DNA of 52,256 nucleotides from Octopus bimaculoides (GCF_001194135.2 NC_068982.1:2166771-2219026); one strand, 5' to 3'; numbered from the stretch's first letter, positions 13,949-26,382 are shown. Notes: generated from the sequence alone by a model not told the origin. Made by a program: numbers and translations.

Positions 13949-14023
<75 letters not shown>
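13947..14023. repeat. (ATT)n microsatellite, tail of the LINE at 14040-15190
   Basis: Read directly; reads (AAT)n on the element strand. Confidence 0.95.
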
Positions 14024-14024
<1 letters not shown>

Positions 14025-14039
14025 TCGCTTTATCTCAAA

Positions 14040-15190
14040 TTTTGTTGGAGGTCCTGGAATCTTGCATGAGTAGCGGGCTTGCTTCCTGCAGCCTACGGTA
14101 CGATTCTATTCGTTCTTTTCAGCTATCTAATACTTTCCTGATTATTCTGGCCGTGTGAAGGAGGCAAAACTTTTGAAACATTTCTACTGGGCACTCTATG
14201 CCACCTCTTCCTGAATATTCCTTTTGATGCCTTCTGGTATTGTTCCAAAGGACCCAACAATCATTGGCACTTTATTCACCTCCTTCATTTTTCATAGCCG
14301 GGCTATTTCGTACTTAACTGAGTCGTATCGATCTGTTCGCCTTCCTTCTTGATTATTCGTGGGTCAAAGGGGCATACAACATCAACTATATAGCATATGT
14401 GGTGCACCTTGTCCACCACCGCTTAGTCCGGTCTGTTATGCTCTAGAACCTTATCTGTTTGGTCTGAGAAATCCAAGAGGATCTTACTTGTCTCCGCACC
14501 GTCACTCTGTGCGGTTTGTGCTCATACCACGTCTTGCCTCTCTCTAGCCCCCAGTTTTCGCACAGTTTCCAATGGAGCACTTCCGCTGTCTGATCGTTTC
14601 ACCACAACTTGTAGTGGTTTTCAGCAAGTCTACGTTTCATCCACTCTACTGCAGATGCGACACAGAGGAGACACTTGCTCAGTCCTAAGATGGACCCTCC
14701 GGTTCATGGCCAAATCCTGGTCTTGCGTTGCCAGTATAGTGCTCTCGGTCTCTTTTTTTAGGGTTCCTTTCATCAGCAAATCCCACTTATTTTTTCCAAC
14801 AGTTCCTGTTGTGGCTACACGGAATTGATTGTGTAGTCTCTTCTTGCGTAATTCTTCTTCATGTCCTTTTTGTCCTTCTTCCTTCTCTTTTCCTTTTTTC
14901 TTCGCTTTCAATACTTCCTCGTTCCTAACTGTCTCTAGCAAGGTTCCTTTAATTTGGGTTAGGTATCTCATTAAGCTCTCGAGTTGAAGATCAGTTTCTG
15001 CACGTGGATGATGTGCACCATGCACCGTTAGGAGCTTTCTTGACTTCCTGTCCATGTTCTTTAGTTCTTCCTCTGTCCACTTCAGGATTCCAGCGCCATA
15101 CCGACTACTGCGGCTGCGCGCGAGTTTATTACCGAAATTATGTTTCTGGCATTCAGCTGTAAAGCCAATATTTTTCTCACTCACTCAACT
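14040..15190 (-). mobile_element. R4/Dong-like REL non-LTR retrotransposon, 5'-truncated (thumb, CCHC, REL, 3'UTR)
   Basis: ORF 14630..15184 RYGAGILKWTEEELKNMDRKSRKLLTVHGAHHPRA...LKKETESTILATQDQ...PLCRICSRVDET; downstream frameshifted WYEHKP, HNRPD, VDVVCPFD and KFCLLHTARIIRKVLDS*. Confidence 0.88.
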
Positions 15191-15321
15191 CCTTTTGTCT
15201 TTTCCTTCATATCATTTTGCTTGATTCCATTTGACTATTTGATTATTTTTGTTATTATTATTATTATCGTCATCATCATTATCATCATCATCATCATCAT
15301 TATCGTTATTATCATCATTAA

Positions 15322-15535
15322 GGTAGCCACTTGGTAGAATAGTTAGTACAGTGGACAGATGGCTTAGCAGCATTTGGTCCGTCTCTATGTTTTGAGTTCA
15401 AATTTCGATAAGGTCGGTTTTGCCTTTCATTCTTTCGGAGTCAATAAAAATAGGTAGCATTTGAGCTCCGGGGTTTCTGTACTCGACTTCTCCCTCGCCA
15501 GGAATTGCTACCTTCTGCCAAAATTTGAAACTATT
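15322..15535 (+). mobile_element. SINE family A, degenerate copy
   Basis: GAGTTCAAATTTCG...GCCTTTCATTCTTTCGGAGTCAATAAAA, with a tail ending GCCAAAATTTGAAAC. Confidence 0.7.
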
Positions 15536-15559
15536 AAAAATATTTTATTGCTTTTGGAA

Positions 15560-15768
15560 GCCAATCACCTGGCAGAATCTTTAGCAGGCTGGACAAAATG
15601 CTTAGCGGCATTTCGTCTGTCTTTACTTCCTGGGTACAAATTCCGCCGAAGCCGACTTTTCCTTTCATCTTTCCAAGACCGTTGAAATTGGTATCAGTGG
15701 AATATTCTGCTCGATGTAATCGACTAGCTTCTCGCTCCAAAGTTTCAAGCCTTGGTGTGGCAAAAATG
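15560..15768 (+). mobile_element. SINE family A, degenerate copy (tandem with the previous one)
   Basis: CTGGCAGAATCTTTAGCAGGCTGGACAAAATGCTTAGCGGCATTTCGTCTGTCTTTAC matches the family head. Confidence 0.75.
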
Positions 15769-16099
15769 ACGAGGGAGACACTAAATAGCCAAAAGGATTA
15801 TTATTATCAGTGTTGCTGTCGTTGCCGATCTACCTATCTATATGTGCTTTGGAATTTCTGTGAATCTGTATTGTTTACCATTTATCAAATGTTGATATTT
15901 ACTGAATATGTGGTTTTATCTTGTTATTAAGCTGACAAGATTATGAACGTCCGATTAATCCATTTATTAATTTCTTCGCGGCTCAAAATTTTGCAAGAAC
16001 GTAAAATTATCGTCAAGTAAAGCAAAAGTTTTCAATAGACACAATACAATAATGTTTGATGGCTAACCCCTTGAAAGGGGTGTCGGGAGGTAATTCTGA

Positions 16100-16406
16100 A
16101 GATAAACAACCCAGTTTGCTGTCAATAACACTGTAACTCTGTCGATTACAACGACGAGTGTTGCAATTTTTCGGATTAGCGGAAAATCTTGCTCGTGAAA
16201 TTAACGTGCAAGTGGCTGAGTACTCCACAGACACGCATATGACATGGTTGACCCATTCAAGTACATGTAATGTTCATTGTGCTTGCTGATTAGAATGCAG
16301 CAACACGAAACAAAGTGCCTTCCTCAAGGACGGAAGGCGCCGACGTGAATCCAACTCCCGACTTCACTATCCTGAGCCAAATGCCGTAACCACTGAGCCA
16401 CGCGCT
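16100..16406 (-). mobile_element. tRNA-derived SINE sharing its core with family C
   Basis: Minus-strand head GCGCGTGGCTCAGTGGTTACGGC (A-box-like); 16191-16230 is 39/40 identical to 22461-22500. Left boundary is approximate. Confidence 0.65.
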
Positions 16407-17819
16407 AACGAGATAATACTACAAACGTTAGAATAACTATCAGGTGCAGGAGCCGCATCAGTAGCAACATCAACCATAGTAAAACAATAACAACATCTGC
16501 CAAATTGATATCAGTAGTAGTAGCATCGCAACCAACCACAACAAAAAAAAAACGATAGTTTAATAATGGCAGAAGGAATTCTGGCACCGTGGTACAAAGT
16601 ATTCCTGGCAGCAGTGGAAATGTGTTATGAGCACCTCCCCACTCTGCAGCATTTGCGGTTTGGGGTGGTGTATCCACAGCCATAACAGCGTTGAAAACAA
16701 CTGTGTTACTGCAAAGAAGAATAATATATGTGAAAATGCGTTGACACAATGATTGATTCGATGGCAAACAAAAGTTTTATCTTTTTCTACTGGATATAAA
16801 ACACCAACACTCGGCAGAAGCAAAAAGTATGTATAACTCATCATGAAAAGTTGCACCCGCTATTCACAGCACGCTTCAGATCACCAATCAGAGCGAAAAG
16901 CTGTGATATAGATATCTATAATGAAAAGGGAATGGACCAAGTATCGCCTGTGAAACTGGGCTCTCAAAACGTACGGAGAGACACTGATTTTGTGACAGGA
17001 GCTTCTCGGTTATATTCTAGTGAAATTTTACTCGAAAATTTCAACGTAGAAGAAAGCCATCATCATTTACAGAACTGAACCATTTACACTGACAGGAATT
17101 AGCCTGGGACAGAGGTAGTATTACGAACGTAGCAGTATTACTTGACTTCTGTTAAGTAGTGGAATTTATTGGGTTGGTGGATCCGATCTGCGGAAGCAAG
17201 AGCAACAAATGAAACACACTTTTCGTCGTCTGTCACATCGCTGACAACAACAGCAACAAAATCAACAGAGAATCACAGGGAAACCAGAGACATCCAAGAT
17301 ATACTCTGCATTGTCTCGGTCAAACCAGACATGTCGTGTGGCAAAAATGATGAGGAAGACACTAAATAACTAAAAACACCCAACAGAAGAAGATAGAAAA
17401 ATCCATATCATAAATGAGGCGGTAGATTTGAACGAACGTGGGATATGTTTTCGAGTAAGCAACAACGATCCAACAGCATCAGGGCCACTACCATCCACAT
17501 GATCGTCACCAGCTCCGCAACCACTACCACTTTTCCAACACACACAGCGCAAACGTTTAAATCACATGCAAAACCTTATTAACCACACACCAACTGTCAG
17601 AACACTCCCAAACTCGAAGAAAAATGAAAAGAAATCATTAACGGCAATTAGCAGTAGACAAAAATCAATACTGATTCGCAAATTTCAGCATAGAAGCAGC
17701 ACACACAATAATGTCATCGCATGAACAAAGAGTATAACAAGAAATAAAAATCAGGTAAACTCGATAAAACAAACTACATTGTAAAAAATTAAATAGTAAG
17801 AATGTTAATAAAACACTTT

Positions 17820-18370
17820 ATAAAGATTTATTCGTGGAACATTTCACAATTTACAGGAGTAATTAAACACGACTTCGCCCATAAAGAGAAAAAAAATAAT
17901 AAGTCGGCCTTCCTCACGTCCCTCCTGTCTAACAAAACCTGACTGAGAATGAGAAGTGTGAACGAACTTGGCTTGTTTTACATTTTGACTTGGAAACCGA
18001 CCTCAGGATACTCGATATTGATGTGATGGTCTTTAGCACAAGAATTTCTGCCCTCTTCCAGTGGTTTCAGAGTTTAGGGATCACTCACTTTACCGGAATC
18101 AGGAGGTAGAGTGTCTATTTTGCTTTGGAAACGTCTCGATTTCCCGATGCGGACCATCTTCTTGGACTCTAAAACTTAATTTATGGAACAAGAATTGAAT
18201 AGGAGAGAAAGCATTACCTTTAAAGTAAAATCATTCTAAAGCTTAACAAGGATGGGACAAACAGATTTCTTCCGGTGTTTTATAGATCTTCCTAAGAATT
18301 ACGCATTCTTTAATGCCAATAAGTGATTAGAATGTAATGCTACATGCACATTGCGAAAATTTGGAATTAG
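17820..18370 (+). mobile_element. Decayed APE-type LINE, endonuclease start (left of the Gypsy insertion)
   Basis: KIYSWNISQF (cf. I.SWNV.G) and SGGRVSILL (cf. GGGVAILI); many stops. Confidence 0.35.
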
Positions 18371-18375
18371 CTAAT

Positions 18376-18636
18376 TGTTGTGGCGAGAGTCATTGACACC
18401 CCTGTGGGATTGGAAGAATGGACTAGCCGAACTCTTATAAAGAGCAGTGCGTTGGTTGAGACGAAAGAAGTCTTAGGTGTCGTTTGGAGTTCATGGAAGT
18501 TGTAGGAAGCCGTTGAGATCGTTCAGAGTTTGTATTTATTGAAGTACGGTGTTTAGTGAAGAAATTTGAAGTACGTTGCGTGCAGACAATTGTTTCTATC
18601 TCCGCTTCGGGAAATCTGTATATGCAACGTATGATA
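18376..18636 (+). repeat. 5' LTR of the Gypsy element
   Basis: Starts TGTTGTGG; shares GAATGGACTAGCCGAACTCTTATAAGAG and GAAATCTGTATAT with 23253-23465; followed by PBS-like AAGTGATGACGAGG (18640-18653). Confidence 0.8.
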
Positions 18637-20565
18637 TAAAAGTGATGACGAGGATATCCACTGATATAAGAGATGATGAGTTTAATCAAAGCTTACGCCG
18701 GGCGTTAACATTTTCTTTTGATACAAAAATCAAAGAAAACTTAGTTAACATGGAAGAATTAGTAGCCTCTGTGGTGCAGTTGCAACAACAACAGCAGTTA
18801 GGACAGCAATTACAATAACAACAACAATACCAACAGTTGCTGGAATTAATGTTGAAGTCCAGAAATACGGCGTAGCAAATGCAATTTCAGAATTCACTTA
18901 TAACAAAGAAGCGGGCATACTTTTTCTGCATATTTCAGAAGATATGAAGACATCTTCAACGAGGAATGCAAAAATTGGATGGACAATGAAAAGATACTAA
19001 TTTTAAAAAGGTTTTCTCCTGTCGAACACGAAAAATACTACAGCTACATTGTGACAAAAAAAAACAAACAAAAAACGAACACATGTGAAATTTGTTTCGA
19101 TAAAACAATTAATCTGTTACCGAAAATGTTCAGTGAAAGAAGTTCTCAGTTCAAATCTCGCTGCGAGTGTTTCAATTTAGTAAAAAAAAGATAAAGAGTT
19201 CGTCACCTATGCCGGAGTCGTCAATCGAGAATGCGAAAACTCCAAACTAAAAGAATTATCCCCGTACATTTTAAAATGTCTAATTGCTGTTCACAGGTTA
19301 ACTACAAGCAAAATGCAGAGATACTTGCCCGGATATTGACAAAATTGGAACAGGACCAGAATTGGACTCTGCAGGAAGTGGCAGAAAAATTTCAAAGAAT
19401 TATTAAACTTCGACATGAGGCAAATAAGTTCACATTATTAAGTTTTATGTACACAAAATTTCATTCGTGAGTCTCACTTAGACTTTCTGTTGTGAAAACC
19501 TTTCCAGAATCTTTTTCGTTCGACCTGCTTTTTTAGTTCTATTTTTTTTACAGTTAAAACATTTAAAATTTTTAAACGGAGTCAGTTAGTTTTAAAATGT
19601 AAACCTCCGCACCCATTTTTATAGATTTGGTCTTGATCTTCATGTTTTCTTTTTCCTTATCAGTTGCAGGTCGATATGCATGTATGTGCGAGTAATCATT
19701 TTCTTCGATTTTATTTGCCTCATGTCGAAGATTAATAATTCTTTGACATTCCTCGCTGCCTGTATCTTGTTGTAACAACAAGATACAAGCAGCAAGGAAT
19801 TCCAGCCGCGTTTCGTGATTCGCTACCTCAACAACTCCTTTATAGTATCCAGTAGCTAAGACATTATCAGGAGGAACCACGTCCGGTTTCGGCCCCTACT
19901 CCTCTACCGTTCTCGACGTACCGCCCCACCCGCTTTTATAGGTGTCTTCAGATTTGGTGATGAGTGCGTCTTTTCTTTCCCCTTCTTTCTTTTGTTCTTT
20001 GGTTTCTTCGATAACGAGGCTAGATACAAGATAGTTACAGCTACATACAGGCAGTAATATTACGATTATTAATGCCAACACGTGGCAAAATAGAAAAAGT
20101 CTACATTAATAGAAACTTTAAACATTTAGAAAGGCGACCCAGGAAAAATAGATTACATATTTGGCCTGGAATTATAATTGAGGTTACATTTCGCAGTAAA
20201 ACCTTGAATGCAAACGATTTTGTTTTAAATAATACAACAGATTTGTTCAGTACTGACTGGATGGACTTGTTTAATTTATGGGACTTTCTCATAAGTCTGT
20301 TCTGTAAAAATATAAATGATTTTTCCTACAGTAAAGAAATGTCACCAGACTAATTGAAAGAAAATGTAAAAATTGTTTCTGAATTTCTGTCCGATAAACT
20401 AGGTCAGTGTTTTCAAATAAAAAAAAACGCCATACCAGTGTATAAACCAAAACAATGTTACACTTCGCATCGATGAAGAAAGTCAATGGAGAACGAGAGA
20501 AACTAGAAAACATGGAACTTATCCAGAAAGTGGAATATTCTAAATGGGCAGCGCCAACTGTGTAT

Positions 20566-20760
20566 TTTTATTTCCCACAGCGGGCTAAACGTAGAGGGGC
20601 CAAACAAGGACAGGCAAAGGGATTAAATCGATTACATCGATCCCAGTGTATAACTGGTACTTGTTTAATCGGTCCCGAAAGTATGAAAGGCAAAGTCGAC
20701 CTCAGCGGAATTTGAACACGCGACGTAACGTGCTAACGATTCTGCCAACTCACCGCCCTA
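20566..20760 (-). mobile_element. SINE family A inserted in Gypsy RT, 12-bp TSD
   Basis: TSD CCAACTGTGTAT (20554-20565) / CCAACTGTGCAT (20761-20772). Removing the insert restores WAAPTVYIKKQNNKIRV. Confidence 0.9.
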
Positions 20761-22423
20761 CCAACTGTGCATATTAAGAAGCAAAATAATAAAATCAGAG
20801 TGTAGTGCTGATTTTTCCACTGGTTTAAACGAATGTCTTAAAACTTGCCACTGTCCACTACTTACTCCGGAGGATATTTTTGAAGGTAAACGGTGGAAAG
20901 TTATTTACAGAGTCGGATGTCTCTGACGTGTACCTACAAATTAGAGAAGACGATGAAAGTTCGAAATGCCTTACAGTCAACACACATAAAGGATTGTATT
21001 AGGAAAACAGGTTACCATTCGGTTCAAGAGCTGCACCAGTAACATATTATGGTCGCAATATTAGCGGCCTGTGAATTCTCAATTTCATATCCGGAAGATA
21101 TACTCATTAAAAGCGAATCCAGAGCACGTAAAATTCGTGGACCACGTACAATTCGTATTTGAGAAAAATTAAGGATTATAGCTTCTTCTTGAATGGAGAA
21201 ATGTGTGAATTTTTCCTACCGGAATTAAGATATTTAGGCAAATTATTGACATCAATGGACGACGACGTGACCAATCGAGGACAAACGCAATTAAAATATG
21301 CCTCCTCCGATTAATACAGCGACATTACAATTATTTTTAGGATTGGCAAATTATTAGCAAAATCATATCCCAAATATGCATAAGGCTAGGACTCCACTGA
21401 ATAATTTGCTGAAAAAAGATAGGGAATGGAATTGGTCAGTAAATTGTCGAAAGGCTTTTGATGAAATTTAAAAAACAATTATATCTGATTTATCGTTAGC
21501 TCAATTCGATGCAACAGTGCAGATTGTTGTAGCTTCAGACGCTTCTGAATACAATATAGAATAGTAATGCTACATAAATATAAAGATGCTAACATGAAGA
21601 CGGTTGTTCATGTTTCACGTTCTGTGATATCAGCAGAAAAAGATCACAGTCAAATCGAGAAAGAAGCTCTAGCGATCATTTGTGCCGTGATAAAAATTCA
21701 CAGATTTTTGTACAGTATAAGTTTTCGGCTACAGACTGATCCCCGACCGTTATTATAGTTGGGTCGAACAAAGGAATTCCTAACTATACTGCTAATAGGT
21801 TACAACATTGGGCGACGATATTACTAAACTACAATCTCAAGACGGAGAATATACCATCCAAGAAATTAGACCATGCAGATGATCAAACAAGACTGATTTC
21901 AAAATGGAACCATTCGAATATACTGTGGTTGCCACTTTCCTAGCGGAAAAAATAAATCGAAAACATTTTGTGTCACGTCGTCATTGAACTGTCAGTTACT
22001 TTATCAGACATAAAATCAAAGACGGAGAACGTTTAATTCATTATAAGAATCAAAGAAACACTGAAGGTTAAAGTAAAAAAATATATGCGCAACACAAATG
22101 CGAAACATTTCTCACTGTACGACAATAGGTTGATGTATGCACGGAGAGTCATAGTGCCAGCCGAACTACAAAGCCGTTTATTAAAAAAATTCTTATTGGT
22201 TACCCAGGGATTTCGAGAATGAAATCACTGATGAGAAGTTACATATATTGGTTTGCAATAGGTCGTGACATTGAAGAGTTAGTGAAATCCTGCAGATGTT
22301 GTGCCCTTGCAGCCAAGTCACTACCGGTAAAATTCCAACCATGGCTTAAAACCGACAGTTCATGGACCAGGCTCCACATAGATTTTGCTGGAACAGTAAA
22401 TGGTGCATATATCCTGATTGTGG

Positions 22424-22780
22424 CCGTGGGTTCCAGTTGCTCCCATCAACGGAACAGCCTGCTCGTGAAATTAACGTGCAAGTGGCTGAGCACTCCACAG
22501 AGGCGTGTACACTTAACGTAGTTCTCGAGGAGATTCAGCGTGGCACAGAGTGTGACACGGTAGCCCTTTGAAATGCAAGTACAACAGAAGCAGGAAGGAA
22601 GTGAGAAAAAGTTGTGGTGAAAGACTACAATAGAGTTTACCACTACCCCCTGCTGGAGCCTCGTGGAGATTTAGGTGCCTTCGCTCAATAAACACACACA
22701 ACGCCCGGTCTGCGAATCGAAGCAGCGATCTTACGATCACGATTCCACTGCTCTAATCACTGGGCCATTGCACCTCCAGA
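22424..22780 (-). mobile_element. tRNA-derived SINE family C inserted in Gypsy integrase, 11-bp TSD
   Basis: TSD CCTGATTGTGG (22413-22423) / CCTGATTGTAG (22781-22791); head GGAGGTGCAATGGCCCAGTGATTAGAGC...GCTTCGATTCGC. Removal restores the ILIV.DSY.KWPE motif. Confidence 0.9.
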
Positions 22781-23252
22781 CCTGATTGTAGAAGATAGTT
22801 ATATTAAGTGGCCGGAAATATGTAGCTGTAGGAAACCAACATCTACAGTAACAATAGAATTTCGTCATGTACTATTTGCAAGATATGGTGTGCGAACAAC
22901 TTAGTATTCGATGAATGTATGCAGTTTACGGTGTATGTGTTTAAAATATTTGCAAAATATATGGAATTCAACACATTTCTACTCCGCCATATCATCTAAG
23001 ATCAAACGGGCAAGCGGAAAGGTTTAAGTATACATTTAAAAGAGGATTAAAGAAATCAAGAAACGAGCTAGTCGATGTCGCAGCATTGACACAATTCTTA
23101 AGGCTTTATAGGATAACACTAAACCCAAACACTCCGATATATCTGTACCCTAGGAAGAACATCTAAAAAAAGGGAGATACGGTGAAGGAAAAAAATAAAA
23201 TAAAAATAATGATATTAACTTCGAACGGAAGTCAATCTTGAAAAGGTGTAGA

Positions 23253-23465
23253 TATTGTGGGGAGAGTCCTTTACACCCATTGAGAGAATGGACTAGCCGA
23301 ACTCTTATAAAGAGTAACGTATTGGTCGAGACGAAAGAAGTCGTAGGATGTCGTTGAGAGTTTGTATTTAACGGAGTATCATGTTTAGTGAAGACATTTG
23401 TAGTATGTCGCGTGAAGACAGTTGTATCTAACCCGGATTCGTGAAATCTGTATATCCAACCTATA
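23253..23465 (+). repeat. 3' LTR of the Gypsy element
   Basis: Direct repeat of 18376-18636 with substitutions and one indel; preceded by purine-rich GAAAAGGTGTAGA (decayed PPT). Confidence 0.8.
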
Positions 23466-24249
23466 GAAGGGTACGAAACTATCAGAAGAGGTGTAACAAA
23501 TGCATTGCACAACTCCTCCGACGTTCCATACTCAACTGACATGTACCAACTGGGTATCGCGAAAATAGGCTAATGAGGACATGGAGAAACTGCATCGGAT
23601 CATCAAGATTGTAGCTAGATAGAGTATTTTCTAGTGACTTCAGAAATATTGGCTACGCAGAATGCACACTGGCCTGGTCGACTTAGATCAGCTACATAGA
23701 GAAGGATAGATTTACAGGAAACACATTTACTGGAGCACCAAGCATAAATAGACTGGATTGACAAATTAGTTCCGCAGACGTTATGTGAACAAATGTCTGT
23801 GACAAATAGTAGTTAGCACTCTAAAGAGTGATTAGGGTAGAATGGAAATGTTTTGATAAGAAAGCACCAATTAAAAAGAAACTAGAATAGTGGGTGGTAA
23901 AGCATCTTAGAAGGAGCTCAAATAAAGCGCATCAAAAATGGAAATCAATGAACAAAACGCTGTCAGAGCTAAGTTGCGTTCTCTAAGACACCAGACTTAC
24001 GAAATCTCTTCAATGTACCCGAGCTGCAGATGTTCAGCTTGGTAATGAGACCACAATTCGGTGTTTGATGGGCCATGACGCACATGCGCTACACGATCAC
24101 CCACAGATATGTTCGAATTTCATTGGTACTTTCCTCGACGGTTCCAGACGAGAGGCTTTCACAAATGCATATCCAGAGGGCCTACAGCGACTCACGTCAA
24201 CGGAGCGGAAACATTTCAAACGCTGACAACTTCCACAGAATTACGGGAC

Positions 24250-25000
24250 GTCATGGGTTTCTGCATGTAAAGCAAATCGATTGGTTTGAAGTATCTGCTG
24301 CCCAATTAACTTTATTTCGATACCCGAGTTTCCTCCTGGAAACTGGCATAGCTAACAAAACAAATATCAAACTGGAGAACCCTCTCTTTTGTGAGTCATG
24401 TTGGGAAAGGTTATGTTGCTGATATGTCTCATACCTCTGTTGAATGCAGCAGTCGAAGTGACGTCTTCGGTTTTAATCTTATTGATCTTATTAGTGATAT
24501 GCAATAGTGCGCAATTCCAAAATAATTTGTTCACGCGAATCATCAGCACATCTGATATATTATAGAGTTCTTTAAAGGAAAATATTATAGATATTAGGAT
24601 TAAAATCCTTCGAAAGAGTCAACAAATCTAAGTTGGCGGAATTTCTCACGGCAGCTAATTTCGGTCAGTTTATTAGCGACTGGATCACAGCGATGTAAAG
24701 CGACATCTGCTCCGTGTTCTGTGTAAACCACCACTCAATGGATCCATGCTTGTATCGTGCACAATGCTCATAAAGGTTCCTCGCTAGAGCTAGGTTTTAT
24801 TTTACTAACCCTAGCGCCTCAAATCCGGAAACTATACTTTCAGGTGCATTCTTTACGAACAAAGGTGCGATAGATCTGTCTTCGACTTAGAAACCAAGCC
24901 CGCCGAGATGTTCTGCACTACAATAAGGGAATACAAGACAGTGCTAGATTCCAGAATTAACAGCTATATGATGGCGGACCTGCAGCTGGGTACCCAGGTC
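24250..25000 (+). mobile_element. Decayed non-LTR reverse transcriptase (right of the Gypsy insertion)
   Basis: Ordered degenerate motifs CPINFISIP/FLLE (cf. YRPISLL..KLLE), KSFERVN (cf. KAFD.V) and HKGSSL (cf. PQGS.L). Confidence 0.4.
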
Positions 25001-26332
25001 TATATCGTTGAACTGCATCCGGATGTGCTGGATTGATGTACCAGTTAAATTCTTCGGAGAATTTTGATGTAATATATAGGTTTGTATGAAATGTAATGTG
25101 GTGATTAGATGGGAGGAGACTGTTACCCCAAGAAATGGACCATGAATAAGCTATCATCGAAAGGTAGTTGAGAAGTGACGAATCACTACATTCCTCCGCC
25201 TTTGTTACAGCCTGACCCTTGTGCGTTGCCTTAATTCAAACCGGAGCAGACATGATCATCTTTTTCACCTTTAGGTTTTAAATACGTTCCGTTGGTCAGA
25301 AGATAGCTCGGTTGTCAACAACGATTACTCTGAACTCTGGGCATTGTATGATTAATGATGCACCGCAATTTCCTACACTTTCAGCATCACTTATCTCTTC
25401 CTACATATTACAGTGTAACTGTTTGTCACACTGGTTTTTTTTTCTGACGGGGCTTCTGTTTTCTTATGTCAAACGACTATTCTTCCAGTCTGTTCGATAT
25501 CTGGGATGATGTCAATCGCCCACATCCCTCTACAGTCAATGGATAAATAACAGCATGCAAGTTTGACGACTTAATTGGGAAAACACGAGGCGATTGGACG
25601 CAGGTGTACTGGCTGGTCTGTTCATGAATTTTTCTAAACCAGGATCATGACTAATTTCCAGAAATCCCTGGCAATTATCAGCAGGATGTATCAGGTTAGA
25701 GATAAATTTTACAAGCTGTAGTTGTGCTTCTTCCATGCTCACAGAAAGACAAAACCGTTCTGTATTTTCTCTCCCAGTGCTGGAAAATTGTTGATCGCAC
25801 GCATCTATATATGTGCAGAGGACCCGGTTAACAGCAGTGTCTATATTGAAGTACATTCGACCGTCTTTCTTTGTCCAGAACAAGTCTTTATGACTTTGGT
25901 GAAATACATTGTGGAAGTAGTTTAGGGACATGATTTTAGAGGCAGAAACAAACACGTAGGTCTTTGTCCAAACCTTTAAATTTTCAATCGAAAAGGAAAG
26001 ACAGAATGGAAATGGAGGTGCTGCCACTCAGTTATATTTGTTAAAAGTTAGATAGGAGGACCCAGTCTGTCCTGAGCGAACGGACCTGTTCTATGTGTAT
26101 GAGCCTAGATTAGAAGTGGACAACTGGAAGGGTGAACAGAAAGAAACCTGCAAAGACCAATTGTGTATCTTGGCAGGATTTTTCCGAGTAGTCCTCCGAT
26201 GTCCCTGTCCTACCATCTGTCTTTGTTGTTTACATTTTGTTTACACATGAAATTCCTGTTTTTTTATAATCATTGTCCTTGTAGTTTTGTGTTGTTATTT
26301 GATATACTTGGCGACTAATACAGAAATCATAT

Positions 26333-26333
<1 letters not shown>

Positions 26334-26382
<49 letters not shown>
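26334..26382. repeat. (CTA)n microsatellite
   Basis: Read directly. Confidence 0.95.

Larger units (their letters stand above)
18376..23465 (+). mobile_element. Ty3/Gypsy LTR retrotransposon (Mag-like), near full length, decayed
   Basis: LTR pair; gag from ATG 18750 (FRRYEDIF, LRHEANK); protease LQLHTGSNITII (~20049-20085); RT SKWAAPTV/IKKQNNKIRV/DFSTGLN, RLPFG, YPED; RNase H VASDAS and SQIEKEALAII; integrase GISRMKSLMRSYIYW, CRCC, RLHIDFAG, DSYIKWPE. Many stops and frameshifts. Confidence 0.92.

Noticed and set aside
25536-26027. 163-aa minus-strand ORF
   Set aside because: No recognisable motif; it lies among decayed TE sequence. Left unassigned.
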